Assembly (NCBI GenBank): GCA_001816585.1
Contig: MHCJ01000003.1
Location: 522,681-586,680, forward strand
Direction of reading: 5' to 3'
Origin: Candidatus Chisholmbacteria bacterium RIFCSPHIGHO2_01_FULL_52_32
Lineage (GTDB): Bacteria > Patescibacteriota > Microgenomatia > UBA1400 > Chisholmbacteraceae
Length of the DNA: 64,000 nucleotides
Part shown: positions 44,143 through 53,234 of the stretch, piece after piece
How the letters are laid out: the number at the start of each line of letters is the position of its first letter
How positions within the stretch are numbered: the stretch's first letter is position 1
Position numbers and translations under genes: made by a program
The notes under the pieces: model-generated
Databases searched by the model: none
Told to the model about the DNA's origin: nothing
Seen by the model: only the letters and a program-made list of their open reading frames with translations

Positions 44143-44280
44143 ATGGATTCCTCTCTTGACAATAGTTCATAATTTACTATGATTGCAGCCGAGAGCAAAC
44201 AGTATTTTGCCGACCGCAAACGGAGGCAGTTTCTTTGCATAAAGGAGCTGCTTTTTTCTTCATGATGCATTTTCGTTTCA

Positions 44281-45030
44281 GTGCGTCAGGGGATTGTTAT
44301 GGCTGTACGGAAACAAACGACACTCGATCTTTCGAAGCAACGGCTGCTGATCATCGCTCCTCACCCCGATGATGAGGTGATCGGCTGCGGGGGGCTTATG
44401 GTCCGGGTTAAAGAGGAAGGCGGAAAGGTGTATGTCCTGATCATGACCGTCGGTGATACCAACGATTTCTCCAAGACCGGTTATTCATCCCAGAAAGAAC
44501 GCATGAAGGAGATCGATGATGTGGCAAACTATTTTCGTCTCGACGGATGTCATGTCGCTCTCGGAGGGAATTCAAATCACCTTCGACTGGATCAGCAAGC
44601 CCAGTTGGACCTCATATCTATTATCGAACGTGGTACGCCTGTTTCCATTGAAACCGTCAAACCGACTATGATCCTCTTCCCGCAGTTGACAAGCTACAAT
44701 CAAGATCATCGGGCAGCCACCCGCGCCGCCTTTGCCGCGTGCCGGCCGGCATCGCGTCGATATAAATCGCTACCCAAGTTAATCCTTTCCTATGAGGAAG
44801 CGGCAGATCAGTGGAGCCTGGAGCATCTGCCTCCCGTCAATTTCTTCGTCGGGATTTCCGCGCGACACCTCCATAAGAAAATCTCCGGCCTTCGCCTCTA
44901 CCAAAGCCAATGGCGCGCGCGCGCCAATCCCCGCTCTGCAAAAGCCCTGGCAGGACTCGCGGCTTTGCGGGGGGCCCAAACCGGCGTTAACCTCGCAGAA
45001 GCCTTTTTCTGTCAGCGTTTTCTCGCGTAA
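44281..45030 (+). CDS. PIG-L/LmbE family N-acetylglucosaminyl deacetylase
   Basis: LLIIAPHPDDEVIGCGG ... HxxH region. Confidence 0.8.
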   Translation: MRQGIVMAVRKQTTLDLSKQRLLIIAPHPDDEVIGCGGLMVRVKEEGGKVYVLIMTVGDTNDFSKTGYSSQKERMKEIDDVANYFRLDGCHVALGGNSNHLRLDQQAQLDLISIIERGTPVSIETVKPTMILFPQLTSYNQDHRAATRAAFAACRPASRRYKSLPKLILSYEEAADQWSLEHLPPVNFFVGISARHLHKKISGLRLYQSQWRARANPRSAKALAGLAALRGAQTGVNLAEAFFCQRFLA

Positions 45031-45054
45031 ATCCCAAGCGTTACTTGATAGCGT

Positions 45055-45864
45055 ATGCGATATTCCGGAATACAACCACAATACTTCCCCAGGCTCCATT
45101 ACTTTGCGAGAGCACTTCAATCGGATGTGTTTGTCTTTCGCGATGATGTCCAGTTCGTTCGGAAGCATAAATATCCCGACGGAAGGACCGATAAATCTTT
45201 TCAGGTTCATACCCCGATTAAGCAATCGTTCGGGATTCAACTTCTGTCAGTCCCCGTCCAGTCGAGCGGCTTCCCCACGTTAATCACGACTCCGGTTTCC
45301 CGCTCGGTTGATTGGGCCGGTGCACAGCTTAAGACCCTGCAGATTGCTTACGGACAATCGCCGAACTTTGCCGAAGTGTATGAGGAGATCAATAAAATCA
45401 TGTATACTCCGTACGTGTACCTTGCCGATCTCAATATCGCAACCGTTCTGTGGGGAATTCTTCGTCTTCTCGGGGTCAAACGGATCAACCCCAAACAGTT
45501 AACACTTGAGACTGTCAATCGGAAACTTGCTGTCAAGCGTCCGGTTCGGTTGAAAACCATCAAGAAAGCCTCGCAAAGCAGAGCCTTGCCGAAGCTTGTT
45601 CATGCCACGGCGAACGAGAAGATTTTTTCCCTTATCAAAGAAGCCGGAGCTGATGAAGATTATTGCGGAGGGACCGCCTACGCTGCCTATATGGATCAGG
45701 AGGGGTATCGGAAGCACGGCATTACGATAACCGTTCAGGAATGGGTTTGCCCGGAATACCCGCAACGGTTCACCCGACAACTTGGGTTCCTCCCGAATCT
45801 GTCGATTATTGATCTTCTGATGAATGTTCCTGCCAAACAAGCCCTATCCATACTAACGCAATAA
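45055..45864 (+). CDS. WbqC-like family protein
   Basis: N-terminus MRYSGIQPQYFPRLHYFARAL... characteristic of WbqC-like proteins found in O-antigen/sugar-modification loci. Confidence 0.6.
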   Translation: MRYSGIQPQYFPRLHYFARALQSDVFVFRDDVQFVRKHKYPDGRTDKSFQVHTPIKQSFGIQLLSVPVQSSGFPTLITTPVSRSVDWAGAQLKTLQIAYGQSPNFAEVYEEINKIMYTPYVYLADLNIATVLWGILRLLGVKRINPKQLTLETVNRKLAVKRPVRLKTIKKASQSRALPKLVHATANEKIFSLIKEAGADEDYCGGTAYAAYMDQEGYRKHGITITVQEWVCPEYPQRFTRQLGFLPNLSIIDLLMNVPAKQALSILTQ

Positions 45865-45872
45865 GTCTGACT

Positions 45873-47027
45873 TTGCCCAACAACCGAGTTTTACCAAGAC
45901 TAGGCTTTCTGGTTCTCGCCTTTATCATTTTGTTCCTGACGCTTTTGAAGGTTCTTTTAAGCGTCCGCAGTCCCACGATCGCCCCCATGACTACTCGTGA
46001 AGATTCCGAGAGCCCATCGGTCAGAAATTTCCCCCTAGCGGTGCGCGGTTCGCTCCCGTATTGGGATCAACAACCGGCGTTTAACTCTTTTTCAACCAAC
46101 GTTGACCGATTCCGGCACATCAGTCTGTTTTGGTACTACATGACGGAGAAAGGGGAAGTTCATAAATATGCTTATGCGAAAGAAGATCGGGCCATCATCG
46201 AATTTGCCCATGCTAACAAAGTGTCTGTTTCGGCAGTGATCACCAATCTTCCCGATGATCCCGATGCCGGCTGGGATTCGTCGCGCGTCGAAGCCGTCCT
46301 TGAAGACCCGGTGAGGCGGACATTTCTTATCGGCCAAATCTCGGAGAAGCTATCTGAGCTTGGCTTTGATGGGGTGTCTATCGATTATGAAGCGGTCGAT
46401 GGGGGGCAGCGTGGGCCTTTCTCGTTGTTTATCAAGGAACTTTCAGGAGTCCTCCATAAAGAGAACAAGTACGTTGGAGTAGCCCTTCACCCAAAAACAG
46501 GAGAAAAGGCAGATGAGCGGTACCGGTTCCAGGATTGGCGGGCGATCGGGCAATACGCGGACTATTTATACATTATGGCCTACGGAGAGCATTGGGATGG
46601 CGGTTCTCCCGGGCCGATTGCCTCAATGCCATGGGTTGAGCGGATCAGCGACTATGCCATCCGGGCGCGTGTTCCGCGTAAAAAAGTCTTCCTCGGTATT
46701 CCCCTCTACGGTTACGATTGGGAAAAGGGCAGCAATGAGGAGGCTTTGGGCCTTACCTATACGGATGTTCAGCGGATTCTTGGAGAATACCGGGTCAAGG
46801 AGCAGTGGGACCCAGAAGCACAGACGCCGTATTTTATCTATGAGAACGACGGACAGACCCATGAAGTGTGGTTTGAAAACGCAAAGAGCGTTGAAGCAAA
46901 AGTCTCTTTGGCGGATCGACTAGGCTTCGGGGGCGTTACCTTCTGGCGACTAGGGGGAGAGGATCCGGAAGTATGGGAAAAATTAGGTCAATTTACTGAA
47001 CCCGTGTTAAGACCCTCTGCGCATTAG
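45873..47027 (+). CDS. membrane-anchored glycoside hydrolase family 18-like protein (variant DxxSxDxE motif)
   Basis: N-terminal TM helix; FDGVSIDYE in place of the canonical DGxDxDWE. Confidence 0.6.
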   Translation: MPNNRVLPRLGFLVLAFIILFLTLLKVLLSVRSPTIAPMTTREDSESPSVRNFPLAVRGSLPYWDQQPAFNSFSTNVDRFRHISLFWYYMTEKGEVHKYAYAKEDRAIIEFAHANKVSVSAVITNLPDDPDAGWDSSRVEAVLEDPVRRTFLIGQISEKLSELGFDGVSIDYEAVDGGQRGPFSLFIKELSGVLHKENKYVGVALHPKTGEKADERYRFQDWRAIGQYADYLYIMAYGEHWDGGSPGPIASMPWVERISDYAIRARVPRKKVFLGIPLYGYDWEKGSNEEALGLTYTDVQRILGEYRVKEQWDPEAQTPYFIYENDGQTHEVWFENAKSVEAKVSLADRLGFGGVTFWRLGGEDPEVWEKLGQFTEPVLRPSAH

Positions 47028-47042
47028 GGTTATCCCATGCCT

Positions 47043-47996
47043 CTACTCGGTGCCTGTCTCATGAACGAATTTCAATACATTTGCGGTGAGGTGTTGGATT
47101 TTCGCCTCGTAATCTTCTTGAATACCTCCTGATGCGCGTGGTGTTTTCCCGTCAGCTTCGTACAGCAATTCCCGGTATTTCTCGAGAGAGAATTCAGCGA
47201 CACCGCGGAGCTCCGGATGGGCGAGAATCTTCGGCCAATTACTGATCCTCCTTCCGTCAACCGTGTCAACAAAATTCGTCCCGTCTAAGGCGTGTAGCTC
47301 TTCCTCCGGAGCTGGCCTTATCCCGTGCCTTAAGGAGGCAAAACGCTCGAAATCCGGCGCGAAATCACACACCCACTTAACAAAAGCGTGGGAGTGAGAC
47401 TCTCCATGTTTCCATGCCACTCCCCCTTCCTGATCCCAATTGCTGCCAGCAAAATGGACTCCATGAGCCTGTTCTAAAACCTGCTTTAGCGAAATAAAGT
47501 CAGGGGTATTCGGGCGCGCCATATAGTTCATCCAGTTGCCTCCGTCGCCGTTGATGAGAAAAAACCGCTCAAAACCTTCACGCTTTAATCTCCCGATTAC
47601 GGCATGCCAGATTTCGAGCATCGGGGAAGTTTGCGAAGCATTGAACTGTTCCCAATCTTCAATGGCGACTGATCCGGGAATATCCTTGGTTACCGAGTAG
47701 GTTCCGATATCCGCAAAGCTGTTGAAAATTATTGGTCGGATGCCGTGTTTTTTATGCAAATCAAATGCGACTCGATCAGTTGCTACTTGGGCCATCATCG
47801 CATCCAAACCCAGTGCTAAATATGGTCCGTGGGCTTCAAGGACTCCCCATGTTACGAGGACGAGCCGATTCTCCGGTGGGGTTGCTTCAACGTGGTCGGA
47901 AAGCTCACGCGAACCCATCCGCCGCCAATAGAGAAGCTCCGGTGGCCAGAGTTTTTGTTGAAATTCCGAAGGTGGTAGAGACTCTTCCGTCGACAT
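47043..47996 (-). CDS. creatininase (creatinine amidohydrolase) family protein
   Basis: VLEAHGPYLALGLD, LINGDGGN motifs. Start placed at MSTEESL. Confidence 0.55.
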   Translation of the reverse strand: MSTEESLPPSEFQQKLWPPELLYWRRMGSRELSDHVEATPPENRLVLVTWGVLEAHGPYLALGLDAMMAQVATDRVAFDLHKKHGIRPIIFNSFADIGTYSVTKDIPGSVAIEDWEQFNASQTSPMLEIWHAVIGRLKREGFERFFLINGDGGNWMNYMARPNTPDFISLKQVLEQAHGVHFAGSNWDQEGGVAWKHGESHSHAFVKWVCDFAPDFERFASLRHGIRPAPEEELHALDGTNFVDTVDGRRISNWPKILAHPELRGVAEFSLEKYRELLYEADGKTPRASGGIQEDYEAKIQHLTANVLKFVHETGTE

Positions 47997-48010
47997 CGTT
48001 GATGGTTTTA

Positions 48011-48778
48011 TCAGAGCGTAAATACTCTGTCTTTCAATGCTTCGCTTAAGATATTTTTTCTCGGATACTGCTCGAGTAATTGCTGCATAAATCCCTCTCC
48101 GTACTCGACGCGGGCCTGTTGGCCACGCGTGATTGCCCAACGCCGGGTTTTTTCAACCGAATCAATTGTTCTCCCTGATGATTCTACCTTTAAAAAGCCA
48201 ATTTGACTTTTGTGTGAAGCAAAGGCGCTGAGTTTGGTCTCGACTACTTCACTAATATCCACGATAGTGTTTACCCTGACGATTTGGCCGTCTAGACCGA
48301 TTAATCCTTGCGGGTCCGTGTGGTAGACCCAGGGTTGCTTTTCAAGTGCCGGAGCATTTGTTTCAACAGGAAAATTGGGATGTGTGGCTTCCGGAACCGC
48401 CCAGAGAACGAGCTGTCCTGTATGGGCGTGGTCCGTCATGTAGTCGACAGTGGGGTGGGTGAAAATGATTTGCGGTTGATATTCACGCATTAGCTTGACG
48501 ATCTTTTTTGTGGTTTCAAGATCGTAGCTTACACATCCATCACGGATATTAAGACACGTTACTTTTGCGCCGATTTTCTTGGCTCCCAGTTTCGCTTCTT
48601 TTTGCCTTATTTTGACGATTTCTTTTGCACTTAATTCATTCGTGCCACATTCACCGGCTGTTAACACGGCGATCAGGATATCATATCCTTGCTTGCGAAG
48701 GAGAAGCAGTGTTCCCCCGCAGAATTGCTCCATGTCGTCATAGTGGGCGCCGATTGCGAGGACTTTTTTCTGATTCAT
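48011..48778 (-). CDS. PIG-L/LmbE family deacetylase (second copy)
   Basis: VLAIGAHYDDMEQFCGGT. Start placed at MNQKK. Confidence 0.75.
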   Translation of the reverse strand: MNQKKVLAIGAHYDDMEQFCGGTLLLLRKQGYDILIAVLTAGECGTNELSAKEIVKIRQKEAKLGAKKIGAKVTCLNIRDGCVSYDLETTKKIVKLMREYQPQIIFTHPTVDYMTDHAHTGQLVLWAVPEATHPNFPVETNAPALEKQPWVYHTDPQGLIGLDGQIVRVNTIVDISEVVETKLSAFASHKSQIGFLKVESSGRTIDSVEKTRRWAITRGQQARVEYGEGFMQQLLEQYPRKNILSEALKDRVFTL

Positions 48779-48836
48779 GAAGTGATTATACCTCAACTTC
48801 GTTCCCAAGAAATAAAGGTGTGGTGACTACTATCTT

Positions 48837-49982
48837 TTAAACCTCTCTTCTGGTGGGCGAGATCCACCGACCTTCTGAAGATCGGAAGAATCCGGGAATG
48901 ATTGAAGTCAATAAAATGAGGGACGTTACGTAATGCATAAAGAAGAAGAATAAGCCATAGATGAGAAGCTGGGGTCTTTTGTATATCCATGCGACAATTA
49001 TTGTTAGCCAATAATCCATGAGAAACGTACCGAAAAAAAGCGTGCGGAGGCTAATGGATTTGTACGGTCCGAATTGCGAAGAGAAAGTCATCACCGTAGT
49101 GAATATGGGATGAAGACTTGCCAGTGATGGGAAGATCCAAAGAAGAAGAAGCAGGGGGAGTAGAACGATAAAGATTGAGTTGAGTGTTACCTCTAAGGAA
49201 AAGGTTCCTAACGCCAACCAGAAGAAAGAAGGCCAGATTCCGTTTTGCCTTATTGTTTGAAAGAATCCGATATTCCATCGCCTTACCTGTTTCCAATAAT
49301 CCTTTAGGTTGTCCGGATACTGTTCCCAGCCGATGAGTGACGTGTGATAGGCAATCTTACCCAGTTTCTTCCTGTGTAACTGAAACGCCAAATTAAAGTC
49401 TTCAATGAGCAGTCCCGGAGTGTCGATTTCCAATTGTTTAAGGATTTTTGATCGGTAGATCGTGCAAAAACCTGGGATCACGTAGTTGACGTTGGTGTAT
49501 TTCCAGGTCTGACCATAGATATAAAAATAGACAAGGAGTCTGTTTAACCGATCTCTGTAGGAAACAAAATACCATTTCAGCCTTGGGAAAATGTGTTGTG
49601 GCCAGTGGATCTTCGTCGCTGCAGTGACAACCGAGATTTCCGGGTCGTTGAAAAACGGGAGGGCGCGGGGGATGAGATTTTTATCTACCCTGTTATCAGC
49701 GTCAACGATGAAAATTAACTGGTATTTTTTAAAGAGATGGAAGCGTTTAAAAAGGTATTTCAGGGCTCTCGCCTTCCCTCGGCCAGGGTTGAGGCGGGAG
49801 ACGTGACAACCCTCCATGCGGGCTCTTCGGTAGGTTTTATCCGATGAGCCATCAGAAACAACGTAGATTTGCTTTGGACGAAGTGAGTATTTCAGGGACT
49901 TGATGCATTGTCTAATGATCACTTCTTCATTATGAGCTGGGACGACTACCGCAATGTCGTTTGGTTTCATTTTCGTTTTCAT
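48837..49982 (-). CDS. processive family-2 glycosyltransferase (NodC/HAS/PgaC-like, QxxRW)
   Basis: VVVPAHNEE, DAD, QVRRWNIG, then 4-5 C-terminal TM helices. Start uncertain (49970, 49982 or 50102). Confidence 0.7.
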   Translation of the reverse strand: MKTKMKPNDIAVVVPAHNEEVIIRQCIKSLKYSLRPKQIYVVSDGSSDKTYRRARMEGCHVSRLNPGRGKARALKYLFKRFHLFKKYQLIFIVDADNRVDKNLIPRALPFFNDPEISVVTAATKIHWPQHIFPRLKWYFVSYRDRLNRLLVYFYIYGQTWKYTNVNYVIPGFCTIYRSKILKQLEIDTPGLLIEDFNLAFQLHRKKLGKIAYHTSLIGWEQYPDNLKDYWKQVRRWNIGFFQTIRQNGIWPSFFWLALGTFSLEVTLNSIFIVLLPLLLLLWIFPSLASLHPIFTTVMTFSSQFGPYKSISLRTLFFGTFLMDYWLTIIVAWIYKRPQLLIYGLFFFFMHYVTSLILLTSIIPGFFRSSEGRWISPTRREV

Positions 49983-50199
49983 GTTTCTCGTGGTTTTCGT
50001 TCTTCTCCCAAGCTTCTCAGTCAATAACCGCACGAGACCGATGATTCCCCAGAACGACGAAGTAATTCCGAATGGCAAACCGAATGGAGAAATTGGCTTC
50101 ATTCTATTGAACTGCCTTTGGTGATTGTAATATTGAGCTCAAGAAGCGAATTATACCACTCTCTGCAGGCTATTTTAGGGATGATGTGGCGTAGCAACC

Positions 50200-51318
50200 T
50201 TGAGAATGGAAAGTGCCTATGATAGAATGCAGGCCGTTATGAATTATGCAACATCCCGTATTTCGCACAATAAACCTTGTGTCGGCCGGGAAGAGTTGGA
50301 AGCTTTGCGCCAGGTGTTTGCCCGCCATTGGCTCATCAAAGGGGAAGAGGCGGAAAAGCTTGAACATACCGTCGCCAGGCTGGTGGGAGTAAAGTACGCC
50401 CTTGCCGTTAATAGCGGGCTTTCGGCACTCCATCTGGCTCTCCTTTCCCTTGGTGTTACGAAGGGTGATCAGGTTATCCTTCCCACGTATACCTGTGTTG
50501 CGCTTCTTCACGCCGTGAACTATGTAGGAGCTGTCCCAATCCTCGTTGATTCCAGCAAAGAGGGTTTCAATATGGATCCGGTTCTGGTTTCAAAGAGGTG
50601 TTCCAAACGAACGAAAGCAATTATTGTCCCCCACACCTTCGGTTTTCCGGCAGCCATCGACCGGATCCTTCAGTTACGTGTGCCTGTTATTGAGGATTGT
50701 GCACAGGGGCTCGGGAGTACCTACCTCGGAAAACCGCTCGGTTCCTTCGGGGATATTAGTGTTTTCTCCTTCTACGCAACGAAGGTAGTTGCTACGGGGC
50801 AAGGGGGTATGTTGGCAACGAATAACAAACGCTACTTTCAAACTGCTTGTGATCTGGTACACCCTGGCATTGGGGCAACCTATCGCGCACGTTATAACTA
50901 TCTGATGCCTGATGTTGCAGCCGCGATCGGCAATTCGCAACTTCCAAAGCTTCGATCGTTTATCTCCCGTAGGAAAGCCATTGCTGCCAGTTATCGAGCC
51001 GTTTTACAAAAGAAATCGTCTCTCTCATTCGTTCCCGGGAAAAAGGATACTCACGTCAATCATTTTCGTTTCATTATCCGATTTCGGAATGAAGGAGCTA
51101 GAGACACTGCACGAAAGGTTCTTTTAAAAAAGGGAATTGCATCGATTCCCCCAATTTCGAGAGATGAACTGCTTCACCGTCTTTTAAAGCTACCAGACCA
51201 CTCCTTCCCATATGCCGAACGATTGGCAGAGACAGCGTTATCCCTTCCTATCTATCCATGTCTTCGTGATACCGAGGTTGGGAGAATTGTCCGGGCGCTT
51301 CACTCACTTCCCTTGTAG
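50200..51318 (+). CDS. DegT/DnrJ/EryC1/StrS family PLP-dependent sugar aminotransferase
   Basis: Fold-type-I aminotransferase; typical ATKVVATGQGGML lysine region. Confidence 0.85.
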   Translation: MRMESAYDRMQAVMNYATSRISHNKPCVGREELEALRQVFARHWLIKGEEAEKLEHTVARLVGVKYALAVNSGLSALHLALLSLGVTKGDQVILPTYTCVALLHAVNYVGAVPILVDSSKEGFNMDPVLVSKRCSKRTKAIIVPHTFGFPAAIDRILQLRVPVIEDCAQGLGSTYLGKPLGSFGDISVFSFYATKVVATGQGGMLATNNKRYFQTACDLVHPGIGATYRARYNYLMPDVAAAIGNSQLPKLRSFISRRKAIAASYRAVLQKKSSLSFVPGKKDTHVNHFRFIIRFRNEGARDTARKVLLKKGIASIPPISRDELLHRLLKLPDHSFPYAERLAETALSLPIYPCLRDTEVGRIVRALHSLPL

Positions 51319-51323
51319 ATTTC

Positions 51324-51340
51324 GTACAGGTGCGACCTGC
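51324..51340. repeat. REP element, 3'-truncated (GTACAGGTGCGACCTGC), directly followed by an 'AAGTTAAAAG' type-A repeat
   Basis: Lies just after the aminotransferase stop codon. Confidence 0.7.
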
Positions 51341-51372
51341 AATAATTTCAGTTAAAAGTTTAAAGTGAAAAG

Positions 51373-52005
51373 TTAAAAGTTATCCACCCTCTCAGCAAAG
51401 ACCAGGAGGCGTTTGAGGGCGGTACCGATAGGGGTGCAGGTTTGGAGAACTAGTTGGTTTCGCTTTTGCTCCGTTAAGTACTTCACTTCGTTTGGCCAAA
51501 CTGTTTTTTTCTCGCGGACACGGTAGACAATATCCTTTCCCTTATACGTCACAATGATTTGATCACCCTCTTTTACCCTTCCGAGGCGGAAGAAGGCGGT
51601 GTTGTAGCGGGTCATGCGCCACGGGAGATCGGAAGAGTGGGCAAAAAGATACATCAAACCGGATTGGTTGGGAACGGCCGAGCCGGTGGCATGAGCAACC
51701 CCGTTTTTCAGCGCTTCTACGTAGAGCCTTTGGTTCCAGGGATCTACGTTTTCGACCACAGGGCTGTTGATTCCGATCGTCGGGATACGGATATTGAAAA
51801 CTTCTGAAGTTGCAGTTTGTGTGATGACATTTGTTGTTCTATATGTATACTCTTCCTTGATGATAGGGAAAAATATAATAAGCGCAAAAACCATAGACAA
51901 CCCCATGAGAACGTTGCCTATGGTTGAAAGAGTTTGAGGGGTTCTTTTGCTGGTCTTTCCCATGATAGAAGGGTGAATTGTAGAAGAAGTGAAGCGAAAA
52001 AGCAA
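51373..52005 (-). CDS. sortase family transpeptidase (sortase 3; paralog of 23482..24093)
   Basis: TM helix; ...NGVAHATGSAVPNQSGLMYLFAHSS...LVLQTCTP. Confidence 0.65.
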   Translation of the reverse strand: MLFRFTSSTIHPSIMGKTSKRTPQTLSTIGNVLMGLSMVFALIIFFPIIKEEYTYRTTNVITQTATSEVFNIRIPTIGINSPVVENVDPWNQRLYVEALKNGVAHATGSAVPNQSGLMYLFAHSSDLPWRMTRYNTAFFRLGRVKEGDQIIVTYKGKDIVYRVREKKTVWPNEVKYLTEQKRNQLVLQTCTPIGTALKRLLVFAERVDNF

Positions 52006-52013
52006 AAGAACCT

Positions 52014-53174
52014 TTACGCTTTCCTAGAAATGAGGGCGAGTCTTGTCGGAGATCGTCCGGCCCGAAGCCGGAGGTAGAGTCCGAAGAGGAACATGGCAAC
52101 ATTTGCCAAAAGCAAAAGTAAAAGGGCGAGGTTCCCGGTTGCCGGCAGGATTGATCCCGTTGCCATTGCCAGAGTCTGGCCATTGCCGTTGCCATTTCCG
52201 TTCCCGTTTCCATTCCCATTGCTGCTGCCGTTACCATTTTGGCTTCCGCTGCCACCCGTTCCCGGTTGGGGCGGTGTTGGTGGCGGGGTTGGGGTCGGCG
52301 GGTCTGCCGGATCAAAGGGATCGCAGCAGCCAACATCGACACCGCCCCGGTTGATCGGGCCGTTGTGGACCGATATCCCGAAGACGATGTCGCCGGTTTT
52401 CATCGTGACGTCACCGTTGTTGCCGTTGGCCTCATTCCTTCCGGTGTTCAGGTCGAAGAAGATATTGTTTAAGATATTTGCAAGGCTCAGTTTCTCGATT
52501 GAGGTTTCATTGGAAAGTGACAGACCGATTGAGTTTTTCGAATCTACTCCGTTGCCACTGATCAAGAGCGCGATATCCGTAAATCCGCCGACTGCGGCAT
52601 GTATGTTTTCCTGATTCGCTTCGTTGTTGATCTCGACTCCCCCGGTAATATTTCCGGTTTCGATGGTGACGTTGCCGTTGTTGTTGTTGGCTTTGTTCTC
52701 ACCGGTGTTGGCGCTTCCGATAACCGTGTTTTGGACGTTGGCCGTCTGATAGACAGAGATATTTGTTTGATCGGTCAGCGTGAGATCAATGGCATTCGTT
52801 GAATCGGAGCCATTCCCATCAATCGTTGCGGAGAGATCCCCCTGCGGGCAGCAGCCCGTGTCGATTGTTGAGGTATTGAGCTGGTTATCAATCGTCGTTT
52901 GGGTTTCAATGCTGCCGGTTTGAATGTCTGTATCTCCGCCCGTGTTTGACGAGGCCTCATTCCCGCCGGTATTGGCGCTGGTGTTGACCTCATTTGAAAC
53001 ATTGGCATCGTTTGTTTGGGTGACTGTGGTTTCCGAGGTTACCGTGGTTGAGATTTCATTTGAAGAGCCATCCCCGTTTCCGGAGATGACAAACTCCTCG
53101 GCACGGACGGGGGTAGAGACAAGGGCAGTGGTAAAGAGGAGCGCTGAGAGCGCAAGCAATACTCTTTTTGCCAT
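52014..53174 (-). CDS. LPATG-anchored surface protein built from the ~90-aa 'GNGSxSxN...ANTGxNxAxxNTGG...TGDA...CC' repeat
   Basis: Signal peptide; 3 repeats; (GN)6 linker; C-terminus ILPATGNLALLLLLLANVAMFLFGLYLRLRAGR. Confidence 0.65.
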   Translation of the reverse strand: MAKRVLLALSALLFTTALVSTPVRAEEFVISGNGDGSSNEISTTVTSETTVTQTNDANVSNEVNTSANTGGNEASSNTGGDTDIQTGSIETQTTIDNQLNTSTIDTGCCPQGDLSATIDGNGSDSTNAIDLTLTDQTNISVYQTANVQNTVIGSANTGENKANNNNGNVTIETGNITGGVEINNEANQENIHAAVGGFTDIALLISGNGVDSKNSIGLSLSNETSIEKLSLANILNNIFFDLNTGRNEANGNNGDVTMKTGDIVFGISVHNGPINRGGVDVGCCDPFDPADPPTPTPPPTPPQPGTGGSGSQNGNGSSNGNGNGNGNGNGNGQTLAMATGSILPATGNLALLLLLLANVAMFLFGLYLRLRAGRSPTRLALISRKA

Positions 53175-53234
53175 GTTAGTTGCTTGTAGCTTGTAGCTTG
53201 TAGTCCTTCGACTTTGCTCAGGACAAGTGCTTTC

